Positions 32,847 to 42,263 of a stretch of 64,000 bases of DNA are shown in pieces. How positions within the stretch are numbered: position 1 is the first letter of the stretch; every line of letters begins with the position of its first letter. The stretch lies in IMG/VR virus record IMGVR_UViG_3300030055_000003. One strand, given 5' to 3'. Below the pieces are notes generated by a model that ran no database searches, was not told the DNA's origin, and worked only from the letters and a program-made list of their open reading frames with translations. This stretch comes from a virus. Its lineage: Duplodnaviria; Caudoviricetes. The position numbers and the translations under genes were made by a program.

Positions 32847-34472
32847 TTAATTTATTATTTCAAAGTCAATAATTTCAATCTGACCTGTGTTGTTGTATGT
32901 GTCCATAGTACACTTTCCAATTATATTTGCTTTTAATGACTGATTTAATAATTGTTCCTTTAGTACATTTGTTGGGAATTTTTTATTAAATTTAATTCCA
33001 TTTACAAAAAACACTATTCTAGTTCTTTTAATGTCATTTGCAACTATATTTAATTCTACATTTTCAAAAGCTATCAAAGGAGCATCTATCTTATTCCCAA
33101 ATTCATTTTCTAATAATGCTAATTCATTTACTATGTATTCATCTATTTCTGATTCATCTAATATAAAATCTACTAGATACTCCTTGCTGTCTACAATTTC
33201 TTTATCTTTATATAAATCATTTAAATAGTCTTTTAATTTGTTTAAATTATCTTTTTTTAATTGATAACCACCAGCCTGAGCATGTCCCTCTGAAAAAATA
33301 ACTAATTCACTATTAAGTATATCTAACCTTGTATTCTTAGAAATATTATCTATTCCTCTAAAGCTTCCTCCAATAATATCTTTTTTATCTTCTACACTTC
33401 TATATAATAATGTTGGAAGTTTATATTTATCTTCTATTTTTTGTGCTACTAATCCAGTATGTGATTGATTTAATGCTTTGCCTACATCTAATATAATACA
33501 CTTATCACCTTCAGCAATATTAATTTTAGGTTCTATTTTTTTCAAAGCTGATTTAACTGCATTGTCTTGTCTTGTCTTTACGTTTTTACACATCTTAGCT
33601 ATTTCTAAACAAAATTCATAATCATCTGATACAAAAGCTTGGTACATTTTCATTTTCTCTTCTTGTGTTCCACTTCTGATTGTTCCATTTAATTTAGGAG
33701 CTATTACCCATCCAATTTTATCTATATTATATTTACCTTCCAAGTCATATTCATTTACTTCCATTAATGCTTTAATAAATAAGTTGTTTATTTCTTTAAC
33801 ACCTTCATATACAAAATATCTAGTCTCTAACTCATGTAAATCCATCATATCAGCAACATTACCCAATGCAACTAAATCTTTATATTTGCTTGATTTATCT
33901 TCAAATAAATAATCATCTAAAGCTTTTATAAATTTATAAACTACACCAGCTCCAGCTAGATTTTTATTTGTTACACTTTTAGATAATTGATTATTTATTA
34001 CTACTGCATCTTTACTATAACCATCGTCACAATCATGATGATCTATAATAAGTACATCAATTCCTTTATCTTTTAATTCTTTATGTTGTATAAAATCATT
34101 ACTCGATGAATCTGTTAATACTACTAGATTTGTAACATCTTCAATAATAATATCTTCTGATAAACCATGTTGTTTATTTGTATGTATTTTTAATTCTATA
34201 TTTGCATTAGGAAATGATTCTTTTATTCTGTTATAAAATATAGAAAAACTTGTCATCCCATCAACATCACAATCCCCTATTGTTACTATTTTACTATTGT
34301 TTTCTAAGTGTTTTAATAATAATTCAATTCCTTCTTGCATATTATCATAGTTATTATAATCTTCTATAACCGACTTATCTAAATTAAATAAATCTTTTGT
34401 TATATTCCTATTCTCTAACACTGTTTCTACTGGAGAAAATGTGTAGTTATTTCCTATTAATTTATATTTCAT
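32847..34472 (-). CDS. recJ: RecJ-like DHH ssDNA exonuclease
   Basis: DCDVDG, HGL, TD, IIDHH, LAGAGV, ALGNVAD, GSFRG, GHAQAGG. Confidence 0.93.
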   Translation of the reverse strand: MKYKLIGNNYTFSPVETVLENRNITKDLFNLDKSVIEDYNNYDNMQEGIELLLKHLENNSKIVTIGDCDVDGMTSFSIFYNRIKESFPNANIELKIHTNKQHGLSEDIIIEDVTNLVVLTDSSSNDFIQHKELKDKGIDVLIIDHHDCDDGYSKDAVVINNQLSKSVTNKNLAGAGVVYKFIKALDDYLFEDKSSKYKDLVALGNVADMMDLHELETRYFVYEGVKEINNLFIKALMEVNEYDLEGKYNIDKIGWVIAPKLNGTIRSGTQEEKMKMYQAFVSDDYEFCLEIAKMCKNVKTRQDNAVKSALKKIEPKINIAEGDKCIILDVGKALNQSHTGLVAQKIEDKYKLPTLLYRSVEDKKDIIGGSFRGIDNISKNTRLDILNSELVIFSEGHAQAGGYQLKKDNLNKLKDYLNDLYKDKEIVDSKEYLVDFILDESEIDEYIVNELALLENEFGNKIDAPLIAFENVELNIVANDIKRTRIVFFVNGIKFNKKFPTNVLKEQLLNQSLKANIIGKCTMDTYNNTGQIEIIDFEIIN

Positions 34473-34476
34473 TTAA

Positions 34477-35517
34477 TCATCCCTCATATTTAAATTTACA
34501 ATTAGTATATAATTGCATAAATATCTCTTTGCCTTTATCGGTAACACTTTCTTTTCCTTGTAATAAGTCTAAATCATCATATATATAGTAAACATTACAT
34601 AACCCTTTTTTAAATTTCTTACATTCTACAAAAATATCATCTAAGATAACATCTTTGTCAAAGGCTAGTATTATATCTTTTCCTAGTTTAAGTAATTTTG
34701 TTAACTGTACTGGACTAATAACCTTTTTGCTTACTGCTACACAGTTATTAATATCCATATCATTACATTGCATAACTGACTTTTCTGCTTCGAATATGAA
34801 CACTTCATTAGATGATATAATATCAAAATAGTTTTCATATAAACCATATAAATAGAATTCTCCGACATACGGGTAATAGTAAAAATATTTTGGTATTCCT
34901 TTAATTTTATAATTACTATCCATCGTTCTTCCTTTGAATGTAAGTAATTCTCCATTATCATTTCTAATTGGAAAAACTACCCTATTATCTAATATGTCAT
35001 ATGAAACACCAAATTTAGTTTGTGTAGTCTTATTAATCCCATCTTGTAAAAATAAATCACATGTTTCTCTTATAAATCTCTGAGTGAAAGTTTCGTCCAA
35101 TATTAATTCATCATAATCGTCAAGTTTATTTATTTTATTTAAACTTCTTTTAAATTGTCTTAAAAAGCTATAACTAGAACTCTTTTCACTCTTTTTAATA
35201 TTGTTACTATATTTCAATCCACATTGTTTACATACAAACTGAATGGCTTCTGATAGACTATATTCATTTATGAATTGTATAAGAGTAAACACATCTTTAT
35301 ATTCGTATTTATCAAACTCACCTTTTCTTGAATATACTTCTGTTTTTAAATTATCATTTAATTTAATACTTATAGAAGTAAAGTTATCACCATCAGGCAA
35401 AGCACAAGTAATACGTTTTGAACTTTTTTTTATATGATGACAACCTATATTTTCTAATATATTTTCTATATATTGTGGATTCTCTTTTAGATATATCTTA
35501 AGTTCGTCCTTATCCAT
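34477..35517 (-). CDS. dnaG: DNA primase (Toprim), degenerate zinc-binding domain
   Basis: RVVFPIRN, GRT, KY, LYGL, FEAEKSV, LAFDKD. Confidence 0.85.
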   Translation of the reverse strand: MDKDELKIYLKENPQYIENILENIGCHHIKKSSKRITCALPDGDNFTSISIKLNDNLKTEVYSRKGEFDKYEYKDVFTLIQFINEYSLSEAIQFVCKQCGLKYSNNIKKSEKSSSYSFLRQFKRSLNKINKLDDYDELILDETFTQRFIRETCDLFLQDGINKTTQTKFGVSYDILDNRVVFPIRNDNGELLTFKGRTMDSNYKIKGIPKYFYYYPYVGEFYLYGLYENYFDIISSNEVFIFEAEKSVMQCNDMDINNCVAVSKKVISPVQLTKLLKLGKDIILAFDKDVILDDIFVECKKFKKGLCNVYYIYDDLDLLQGKESVTDKGKEIFMQLYTNCKFKYEG

Positions 35518-35532
35518 ATGCCTTACCTCCTT

Positions 35533-36930
35533 TTAATATGGTGAGTTTCCACCTTCTATATTAGAAAAGTTCTTAGCTTGAGTGATGATTGCTTTATCTC
35601 CCTCAAAAACAAAATTTAAATATTCTCCATCCTCCATTTGACCACCATTTCTATTATAATCAATTACTAATTTACAATTACCACTATCAATACCATCATT
35701 AAGCATTTCTTCTTTTGTCTTATGTATCCAATATGCTATAGTTGAAGCATATCTATTTATTTTATCGCTATCTGCTAATCTTTGTTCTTTTGGACTCATT
35801 TGACCACCTGCTATTATAGGTATATCTAATGCTCCACCTACCTTATTTTTTAAGAAATTAGTCATATCTCCTAATATATTATGTTCTTTATTGTCTCCAC
35901 CACCAGTATCATCTACTTTTATATAATCATAAATTAACAATCCTAAGTTCATAGATTGTTTTAGTTGTTTCGCTGTCATATAAATTTTATCTTTAGTCCA
36001 ACCAACATCATATTTGTGAACTAATGGCTTATTTTTTAACCATTCTTTAGCTTCTTCTACTGCCTTTTCTTCTTGTAATGAGTAATTACCATTCTTAACC
36101 TTTTTTATATCGACTCCAGACTTTAATGCTAAAAATCTTATCATCCATCTTTCATCACTCATTTCAGTATCAAATATAGCTACAGGAACTCCGTTTTCAA
36201 CCTTATGTATGGCTTCATTAAGAAAGAACATTGATTTACCACTTTTGGCTCTACCACCTATTACAACTAATTCTCCATTTTCATAAGTAAAATATTCATT
36301 TAGTCCTTTATATTTACTAGGTATACCTGCAAATCCTGAATCTGTTCTCCTACTTTTTATTAATTCCCACAATTCATCTGCCTTATCTCCTATCATTTGA
36401 ACATTAGTATCTACAATATAATCATCTGCAAATTTAGTTATATCAGTTTGAACTTTATAATTAATACTGTTTATATCTTCATTACTTGATAATACTCCAT
36501 TAGCCATTTCTCTTAGTTTTATGTATGTATCTCTTTTGAATGCATTAGATATTATATTATTAGCAATAAATTCATATCCTTCAATTTCAGACCTAGCTAC
36601 TAGCCTTAAATCATCTAACCATCCACATATATCTTTTGAAATATCATCAAATTCATTAATTATATTTTTAAAACCTTTATTACTCTCAACTTCAGTCATT
36701 ATTAAAAAGTTATCTATTTCTGTAATACCTTTTTCCATTAAGTTATTAACTATATGATAAATACATGCTAATTCTCTATTATAAAACTGATTCGGTTTCA
36801 GATATTCCGTTTTATAAATAAACTCTGGATGTACTAATATAGTTCCTATTACTCCTGTTTCTGAAATATCATCTTTAGGTAACTCTATATTATGTAATTT
36901 TTCGAACTTTTTAATGTCATTAGCTTTCAT
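35533..36930 (-). CDS. dnaB: DnaB-like replicative helicase
   Basis: Walker A GGRAKSGKS, FDTEM, IYDYIK, GQMS, DSDKI, DYNRNG. Confidence 0.92.
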   Translation of the reverse strand: MKANDIKKFEKLHNIELPKDDISETGVIGTILVHPEFIYKTEYLKPNQFYNRELACIYHIVNNLMEKGITEIDNFLIMTEVESNKGFKNIINEFDDISKDICGWLDDLRLVARSEIEGYEFIANNIISNAFKRDTYIKLREMANGVLSSNEDINSINYKVQTDITKFADDYIVDTNVQMIGDKADELWELIKSRRTDSGFAGIPSKYKGLNEYFTYENGELVVIGGRAKSGKSMFFLNEAIHKVENGVPVAIFDTEMSDERWMIRFLALKSGVDIKKVKNGNYSLQEEKAVEEAKEWLKNKPLVHKYDVGWTKDKIYMTAKQLKQSMNLGLLIYDYIKVDDTGGGDNKEHNILGDMTNFLKNKVGGALDIPIIAGGQMSPKEQRLADSDKINRYASTIAYWIHKTKEEMLNDGIDSGNCKLVIDYNRNGGQMEDGEYLNFVFEGDKAIITQAKNFSNIEGGNSPY

Positions 36931-36941
36931 GATTTCACCAC

Positions 36942-37388
36942 CTATAATATGTCTGTTATTTTTTTATTTGTAGGAGTATAGGTAAATACAATACTATCAT
37001 CACTAGTGTTTAATTTGTTTGTATTAATGGTTTTATTGTATTCATCTCTAATAGTAATTTTTTTAAATTCATTCTTTAACTTATAGTCATTGGAATAATT
37101 AATTAATCCAAAAGGATTGTTTATAGGTTTATTATTTTTATGTATAAATTCTAATATAAATAAAATATAGTTTGTTGGATTATTATTTTCATGAATTAAT
37201 TGTTTAATAACTTTTCTTAGAATTTGTAAAGTACAAGATGGCATATTATTTAAATAATATTCTTCTATTTGTTGTTTTAATTCCTTCTCATGGTAACAAT
37301 CTTTATGAAAATATGAATTACCAATTTTAACCGCTTCTTCTTTTTTCACCTCACCTCCATGAGTACAATAAGAGTATTTGCATTTCAT
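36942..37388 (-). CDS. zinc-binding replisome-associated protein (SPbeta YorH position)
   Basis: CKYSYC..YFHKDCY motif; synteny between the AAA ATPase and helicase. Confidence 0.55.
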   Translation of the reverse strand: MKCKYSYCTHGGEVKKEEAVKIGNSYFHKDCYHEKELKQQIEEYYLNNMPSCTLQILRKVIKQLIHENNNPTNYILFILEFIHKNNKPINNPFGLINYSNDYKLKNEFKKITIRDEYNKTINTNKLNTSDDSIVFTYTPTNKKITDIL

Positions 37389-37406
37389 TTACATTCACCT
37401 ACCTTT

Positions 37407-37438
37407 AAAATTAGCCCATATCCAAACAGACATGGGCT
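37407..37438 (-). terminator. probable terminator/processing hairpin
   Basis: AGCCCAT..ATGGGCT stem followed by AATTTT after the AAA ATPase stop. Confidence 0.55.
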
Positions 37439-37446
37439 GTGTTTTA

Positions 37447-38457
37447 TTATACTAATTCTTCAAATGCTGATATTACTTTTTCTGCAATTGTTTTATCTGT
37501 AATATCATTAGGGTTTGGACTATCATTTAAATCTTTTAAAGTTTGGATAACTTCTGCTCTCTTCCCATTATCAGACAACTCTTTACACTTAAGTAAAATA
37601 TCAGCCTTTAATTCATCTAAAGATAATTTGTTTTGTTGTTTCTTAGCTTTTTTTTCATTTTCTTGAACTATCTTTTTAACTTCTTCTTCTTGGTTTAATG
37701 CAATTTTTGTTTTAGCTTCTTCTTTAGCTTTTTCTAATTCATTTCGTTTAGATTTTACATCTCCACCAGTAGACCATTTATAAATTATATCTCCATCTTT
37801 TTCAGTTAATACATCATTTCTATTTTCAAAACAGTGTGTATTATCTTTTACTGATGTAAAAAAGTGAGTATCTTGCTCTACTGTTACAGCTACAGTAAAT
37901 AAGAATTCTAAATCATCTCTTTGTTGATAACCAATACCAACTTTTCTAGGTACTTGCTTTCCGTTTTGTTCTTCAAGTACATATTTATCTTTTCCTCTTA
38001 CTGTTGCTACAATGAATGCTTCTGAATCTAATATCTTATCTACAAATTTTTCATGTCTTGGTGTTAGCTTAGACCAGTTAGTATATGAATTTCCACTCAT
38101 TTTACTATGTATTTCTAACATCCCACCTTTTCCAGCCCATTCATTACTTATTTGGTCAATTACAATTACTTTATATCCAGCATCAATTGCTTCGTCAATC
38201 GCATCAACATAACTTTCAGGGGTAAAAGGTGCTTTTAGTTGCATTAAATCATAATCGAATTCGTCTGCATAATATTTATCTCTTGATCCTTCTGTCCCTA
38301 TGTAAGCAATTCTTTCTACATTACCAGTATCTTTACTTAATGCCTCGGTTAAACCTTTAGCAACTCTTAATGCTCCAAAACTTTTTCCACCACCAGAAGG
38401 TGCTATTGTTAAAACCTTTGCCCATATATTTTCTCTAACTGCTTTTTGAAATCCCAT
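37447..38457 (-). CDS. AAA-family ATPase, Sak4-like ssDNA annealing/recombination protein
   Basis: APSGGGKS, YIGTE, VIDQISNEW, NWSKLTP, TVRGK, QRDDLEFLF. Confidence 0.82.
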   Translation of the reverse strand: MGFQKAVRENIWAKVLTIAPSGGGKSFGALRVAKGLTEALSKDTGNVERIAYIGTEGSRDKYYADEFDYDLMQLKAPFTPESYVDAIDEAIDAGYKVIVIDQISNEWAGKGGMLEIHSKMSGNSYTNWSKLTPRHEKFVDKILDSEAFIVATVRGKDKYVLEEQNGKQVPRKVGIGYQQRDDLEFLFTVAVTVEQDTHFFTSVKDNTHCFENRNDVLTEKDGDIIYKWSTGGDVKSKRNELEKAKEEAKTKIALNQEEEVKKIVQENEKKAKKQQNKLSLDELKADILLKCKELSDNGKRAEVIQTLKDLNDSPNPNDITDKTIAEKVISAFEELV

Positions 38458-38559
38458 ATTGATAATCTCCTTCTTATTTTAAATTATTTATTATTTTTTT
38501 ATCTATTAGCCCTAAAATCAAGGGCTTCATCTTTTGTATATAGTTTGTTATTTAATTTA

Positions 38560-39462
38560 TTAAAATGGCAAATCTTCGTCTGTAACTCCACCATTAGTAT
38601 CTTTAGACTTTGAGTCATCTTTTTTGATAATCACTTTATTTTCTACTAAATCTAATGCTTCTCTAATTTCATCTCTTGTATATTTACTCTTTTCATTTTT
38701 CTCAGTATCAATATCTATAACTGATAACACTAACTCTCTTTCTTTAATCTTTTTATAAGTTTTAGTATTATTTCCTCCGATAGTTTTTCCTTTTAATGTT
38801 TTTCTTTCCTTAGTTGGCTCACCACTTTCTACTTCTCCTTCTTCGTAAATAGGTCTGTTATCTACTTTGATAGTAGCATGTAGTAAATCTCCTACTTTTG
38901 CGTTTTCTTCTATGTATTCTTTTACTACATCATCTTCTAAAGATAATTCTAATTCAATCATTTCTCCTTTATATGTAGTTACACCAACTTTCACTAAACC
39001 ATTACTTGCCTTTTCTGTAATTATTATTGCTTGATTTAATTCATTAACTTCTTCAAAACCTTCCGCATTAAAGTCAATTACATCGCTTTTCTTATACATT
39101 TGGCTTACAATCCATGTTAATTTCTTATGATATGTATCAATATCAGCTCTTATATTTAAATATACACTATCACCATCTTTAAAGTTTCCCTTAACAAAAT
39201 CAATTGCTTCTTGTTCATTTAATTCAGTTACTTCATCATCTTGATTAGCTTTTAACTTAACATTAAGTTTTGAATTACTCCAATCTCCTACTTGTACATA
39301 ATTAGTGTTGGTTGTACTACTTTGTAATCCAAATGAAAGATTTCTTTTTACTGAATTAGTGAAAGGTTCTTTGTTGTTTAGTCCCCAAATTTTTCCTTCT
39401 AATCTTAAATATCCTTTAGTTTGTTCCATAATATTTCTCTCCTTCTGACGTTGGCTCGTCAC
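38560..39462 (-). CDS. probable single-stranded DNA-binding protein
   Basis: OB-fold-like beta-rich sequence, acidic C-terminus DEDLPF, position ahead of the recombinase. Confidence 0.65.
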   Translation of the reverse strand: MTSQRQKERNIMEQTKGYLRLEGKIWGLNNKEPFTNSVKRNLSFGLQSSTTNTNYVQVGDWSNSKLNVKLKANQDDEVTELNEQEAIDFVKGNFKDGDSVYLNIRADIDTYHKKLTWIVSQMYKKSDVIDFNAEGFEEVNELNQAIIITEKASNGLVKVGVTTYKGEMIELELSLEDDVVKEYIEENAKVGDLLHATIKVDNRPIYEEGEVESGEPTKERKTLKGKTIGGNNTKTYKKIKERELVLSVIDIDTEKNEKSKYTRDEIREALDLVENKVIIKKDDSKSKDTNGGVTDEDLPF

Positions 39463-39546
39463 CCTAATAATTTGTTTAATATTAATTTATTTATAATACG
39501 CATTTTAGTCTTACAAAACTAATCATTAATGCAATTTTATACTATA

Positions 39547-39843
39547 TTATCTAATTAAATTTTGAAAATTATCATCTGTTACTAAATAGTATTCAGAAGT
39601 ATAAATAATTCCAGATCCTCTAGTTATACTTACTCTTAAATGATGTTCGTCATTTATATCAGCAACTTTTATTTTACAATTTTTAGGCTTATGTATTCCT
39701 TCCATAGTGCCTATAAATTCTCTTTTAGTAGAGTCATCATTATTTAATATGTATTCTTTAAATTCTTCCCAAGTTAAATCTGTTACTTTATACATAATAC
39801 TTTGAAAGTCTTCCTTGTTAATATTACTTTGAATTATATACAT
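39547..39843 (-). CDS. hypothetical protein
   Basis: ORF track; RBS GAAGGTG. Confidence 0.55.
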   Translation of the reverse strand: MYIIQSNINKEDFQSIMYKVTDLTWEEFKEYILNNDDSTKREFIGTMEGIHKPKNCKIKVADINDEHHLRVSITRGSGIIYTSEYYLVTDDNFQNLIR

Positions 39844-39901
39844 CTAATCACCTTCTTAATATTATTTTTAGTTCTATTAATTTGTTGACTTACATTAAAA
39901 T

Positions 39902-40030
39902 TATTCATTTATTGGCTTTTTGTGAACATTATATGAACACAATTCCAATTTATAAGTCCATAAGTTATAACTCTTTAACAAGTCATACTAACTCTTATTG
40001 GATGTAAATGTACACCCTCTATTTCATCTA
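39902..40030 (-). ncRNA. predicted TnpB omegaRNA (scaffold overlapping tnpB 3' end, guide from about 39921-39902)
   Basis: Inferred from known TnpB biology. The putative right end ..GTTCAC (39927-39922) is followed by sequence matching the phage repeat family; the 5' boundary is a guess. Confidence 0.45.
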
Positions 40031-41213
40031 CTTTAAAAGCTTCTGAAAATACCTTTTTAATTATATTATAAGCTCCATTAACATCTGAATTAATTAGTTT
40101 GTTTGTATTAGATTTAAATAAACCTCTTACTACACGTCTGCTTTTATTATATGTATCTTTACCTATTACTTCATTATCTAAAAAACTACAACCACTCGTA
40201 TAACTTTCGTTATTAGTTATTACTTTAATTCCTATATTAGAACACTTATATGTAATCATTTTTATTAATTTATCATATGGAATTGATATAAAATTCTGAT
40301 TAGCTGATTTGAATAAACCACTTTCCTGTTTCCAAGTTTTATTCAAACCAATTACTATGATCGTAATATTTAATCCTTCCGCATAAGTAACTATAGATTT
40401 ACTAGCATTATGTAAATAATAATTTATTTTATTATCTCTATCTTGTTGTAATTTATCTAACTTATTGCTCCAGTCCTTTTTATGTCGTTTCTTTAAATCC
40501 GACTGTAATTTAGCTTTCTTCTTATTGTAATATTGATTTATAGATTTGATAACTTTACCATTTATAATGATAGGTTGTACACCTACATTATTAACGCATG
40601 TAGCTAGGTTATCTACTCCTAAATCAATCCCTAATATTCTGTTATTGAATTCTTTAGGCTCTTGAACTTCAATCTCATAAACTATTTCTAATATGTAAGT
40701 TGAACCTTTTGGAATAATTCTAGTTTGTAATAGTTTATTTTTAACATTGGTTTTAAATAAGTTATTCAGTCCTTTTAGTGGTATAAAAGCAAAGTATAAA
40801 TATCCATCATATAAATGGGTTTGCATATTAGTCATTATAAAAATATGTCTACCATTTTTCTTTTTATATCTAGGTAATTTTGGTTTTCCAAGATATTTGT
40901 TTGGATGTTTCCAATAATCTTTTACACTTACTAAGAATGACTTCCAATCTTTACAAAGCAATCTCAATGTCATTTGTGCTGAATTTGAACCTATATCTTT
41001 GAAAGCCTCAGTCTTATTAAGTTCCTTTGACAACTCCACATATTGTAATATTGGACTACCTCTTACAAATAATTGTCTTTGAGTATAATTCGCTAGATTG
41101 TAAATGTTCTTAGCTTTAAAACAATACTCATCAAACAATTTCCATGCTTTGTGGTTTTTATCTATTATATGTCTTTCGACTCTTTGAGTTTTAATGTTAT
41201 CACCTCCTTTCAA
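39922..41213 (-). mobile_element. orphan IS200/IS605-family (IS1341-like) element with tnpB only
   Basis: tnpB without tnpA; right end TTCAC; flank resumes as a truncated intergenic repeat; left end not recognisable (21 bp to the upstream gene). Confidence 0.65.
39975..41213 (-). CDS. tnpB: TnpB RNA-guided endonuclease, RuvC-II-rearranged type
   Basis: KNIYNLAN, PKLPRYKKK, ILGIDLGVDNLA (RuvC-I), IVIGLNKTWKQ (Gly at the canonical Glu), NESYTS, INSDVNGAYNI (RuvC-III). Likely start ATT at 41195 behind AAGGAGGTGA. Confidence 0.93.
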   Translation of the reverse strand: MKGGDNIKTQRVERHIIDKNHKAWKLFDEYCFKAKNIYNLANYTQRQLFVRGSPILQYVELSKELNKTEAFKDIGSNSAQMTLRLLCKDWKSFLVSVKDYWKHPNKYLGKPKLPRYKKKNGRHIFIMTNMQTHLYDGYLYFAFIPLKGLNNLFKTNVKNKLLQTRIIPKGSTYILEIVYEIEVQEPKEFNNRILGIDLGVDNLATCVNNVGVQPIIINGKVIKSINQYYNKKKAKLQSDLKKRHKKDWSNKLDKLQQDRDNKINYYLHNASKSIVTYAEGLNITIIVIGLNKTWKQESGLFKSANQNFISIPYDKLIKMITYKCSNIGIKVITNNESYTSGCSFLDNEVIGKDTYNKSRRVVRGLFKSNTNKLINSDVNGAYNIIKKVFSEAFKVDEIEGVHLHPIRVSMTC

Positions 41214-41234
41214 TCTTGTGTCATTTTTCTTTAA

Positions 41235-41546
41235 TTACTCTACTTTTACTTCAACCCAATCTTCGGCTAATGTATCAGCTTGACTAGCATTCCAAGGAAT
41301 AACTGTATTTCCTGCTGTCTTTAATAATAAGAAATTTTCAAGTTTATATGTAGTTTTACCTACTCCTACTTCAACAATTCCTTGTAATTCAGAAACATCA
41401 TATAACTCTTCTGTAAAATTCTCATCAGCTTTCATTTTTAATGTTGAGAAATAGAAACTAAATACATGCATTCCTTTTCCATTCCAACCTTCTCTAGCTA
41501 TTGGTTTACCTTGTTTAGTTAATTCTACTGCTTTTCCAAAATTCAT
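41235..41546 (-). CDS. tad2: DUF2829 / Tad2-family anti-defence sponge protein
   Basis: MNFGKAV..GKPIAREGWNGKGM..LKTAGNTVIPWNASQADTLAEDW matches the DUF2829 consensus. Confidence 0.82.
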   Translation of the reverse strand: MNFGKAVELTKQGKPIAREGWNGKGMHVFSFYFSTLKMKADENFTEELYDVSELQGIVEVGVGKTTYKLENFLLLKTAGNTVIPWNASQADTLAEDWVEVKVE

Positions 41547-41598
41547 AATTTATTTCTCCTTTTCTTCTATTAATTTATTTAAGCATTCTTAATTTGTT

Positions 41599-41745
41599 AA
41601 TATGCTTTAAAGAATAGCTGAATTTACCGTTTCAGCACATTCTCCGATTTAAGCAATTGGTACTAACTTAAAAATCTTGGGTATCAACCTTTGAGAGTTC
41701 TTCTTTCCCTATTGAGTAGTCATTAGCTACTCTTTAAAACATATT
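41599..41745 (-). ncRNA. structured non-coding element, copy 1 (unknown family)
   Basis: 21-bp terminal inverted repeat (41599-41619 / 41725-41745) with internal hairpins; homologous to 44410-44511. Confidence 0.55.
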
Positions 41746-41823
41746 ATCCTGTTTATATTAATTTATTTCACTTAATCTTTTATGTATGTTGTGGTAAAGG
41801 TGTTATTCTCTACCACAACTGTT

Positions 41824-41852
41824 ATTTTACTCTCTTATTTATTACTTGTCAA
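41824..41852 (-). promoter_or_regulatory. consensus sigmaA promoter driving element 1, tad2 and tnpB
   Basis: TTGACA, 17 bp, TAAAAT; inverted repeat 41788-41819 starts 4 bp downstream. Confidence 0.8.
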
Positions 41853-41870
41853 CTACTTCTATTAATTTAT

Positions 41871-42263
41871 TTAATTGTCTAATTCATCTATCATCTTTTG
41901 AATTTCTTCTGCTGACTTACCTTTTAAATCCTCATTCTTTTTTAAGTCTAAAGCTTCTAATAATTTTTGCTTTTGTTCTTTTTTAGCTTTAGCATCTTCT
42001 CTTGATTTGGATTCAGCTTGTTTTATTTTAACTATATGTTTTACAATTTCAATTTTCATATCTAATTCTTCATCTTTTTGTGTTTTAGTATCTAATAAGC
42101 TTTCTTCCTCCACTTGTTTTAGTTGTGAATTCAATCCTTTAAAAATTGTATCTAAATCTTTAACTGATAATGACCATAACTCTTCTACTGGTTGTTGTCC
42201 TCTAAAATCAAACCTAAATTTATTCCTACTAGCTACCTCAAAAACATTCTTTTCTGTGTTCAT
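41871..42263 (-). CDS. conserved phage hypothetical protein (partner of the 683-aa ORF)
   Basis: FEVASRNKFRF..VEELWSL..LD..K pattern I recognise from large phages; adjacent to 42299-44350. Confidence 0.65.
   Translation of the reverse strand: MNTEKNVFEVASRNKFRFDFRGQQPVEELWSLSVKDLDTIFKGLNSQLKQVEEESLLDTKTQKDEELDMKIEIVKHIVKIKQAESKSREDAKAKKEQKQKLLEALDLKKNEDLKGKSAEEIQKMIDELDN

Noticed and set aside
28160-36930. Inteins in DnaE or DnaB
   Set aside because: Lengths are normal and there are no C..HN splice motifs; the LAGLIDADG gene at 31471 is a separate ORF.
39922-41235. Autonomous IS605 or Cas12 system
   Set aside because: No tnpA/Y1 or serine recombinase gene, and no CRISPR array or cas1/cas2 nearby.
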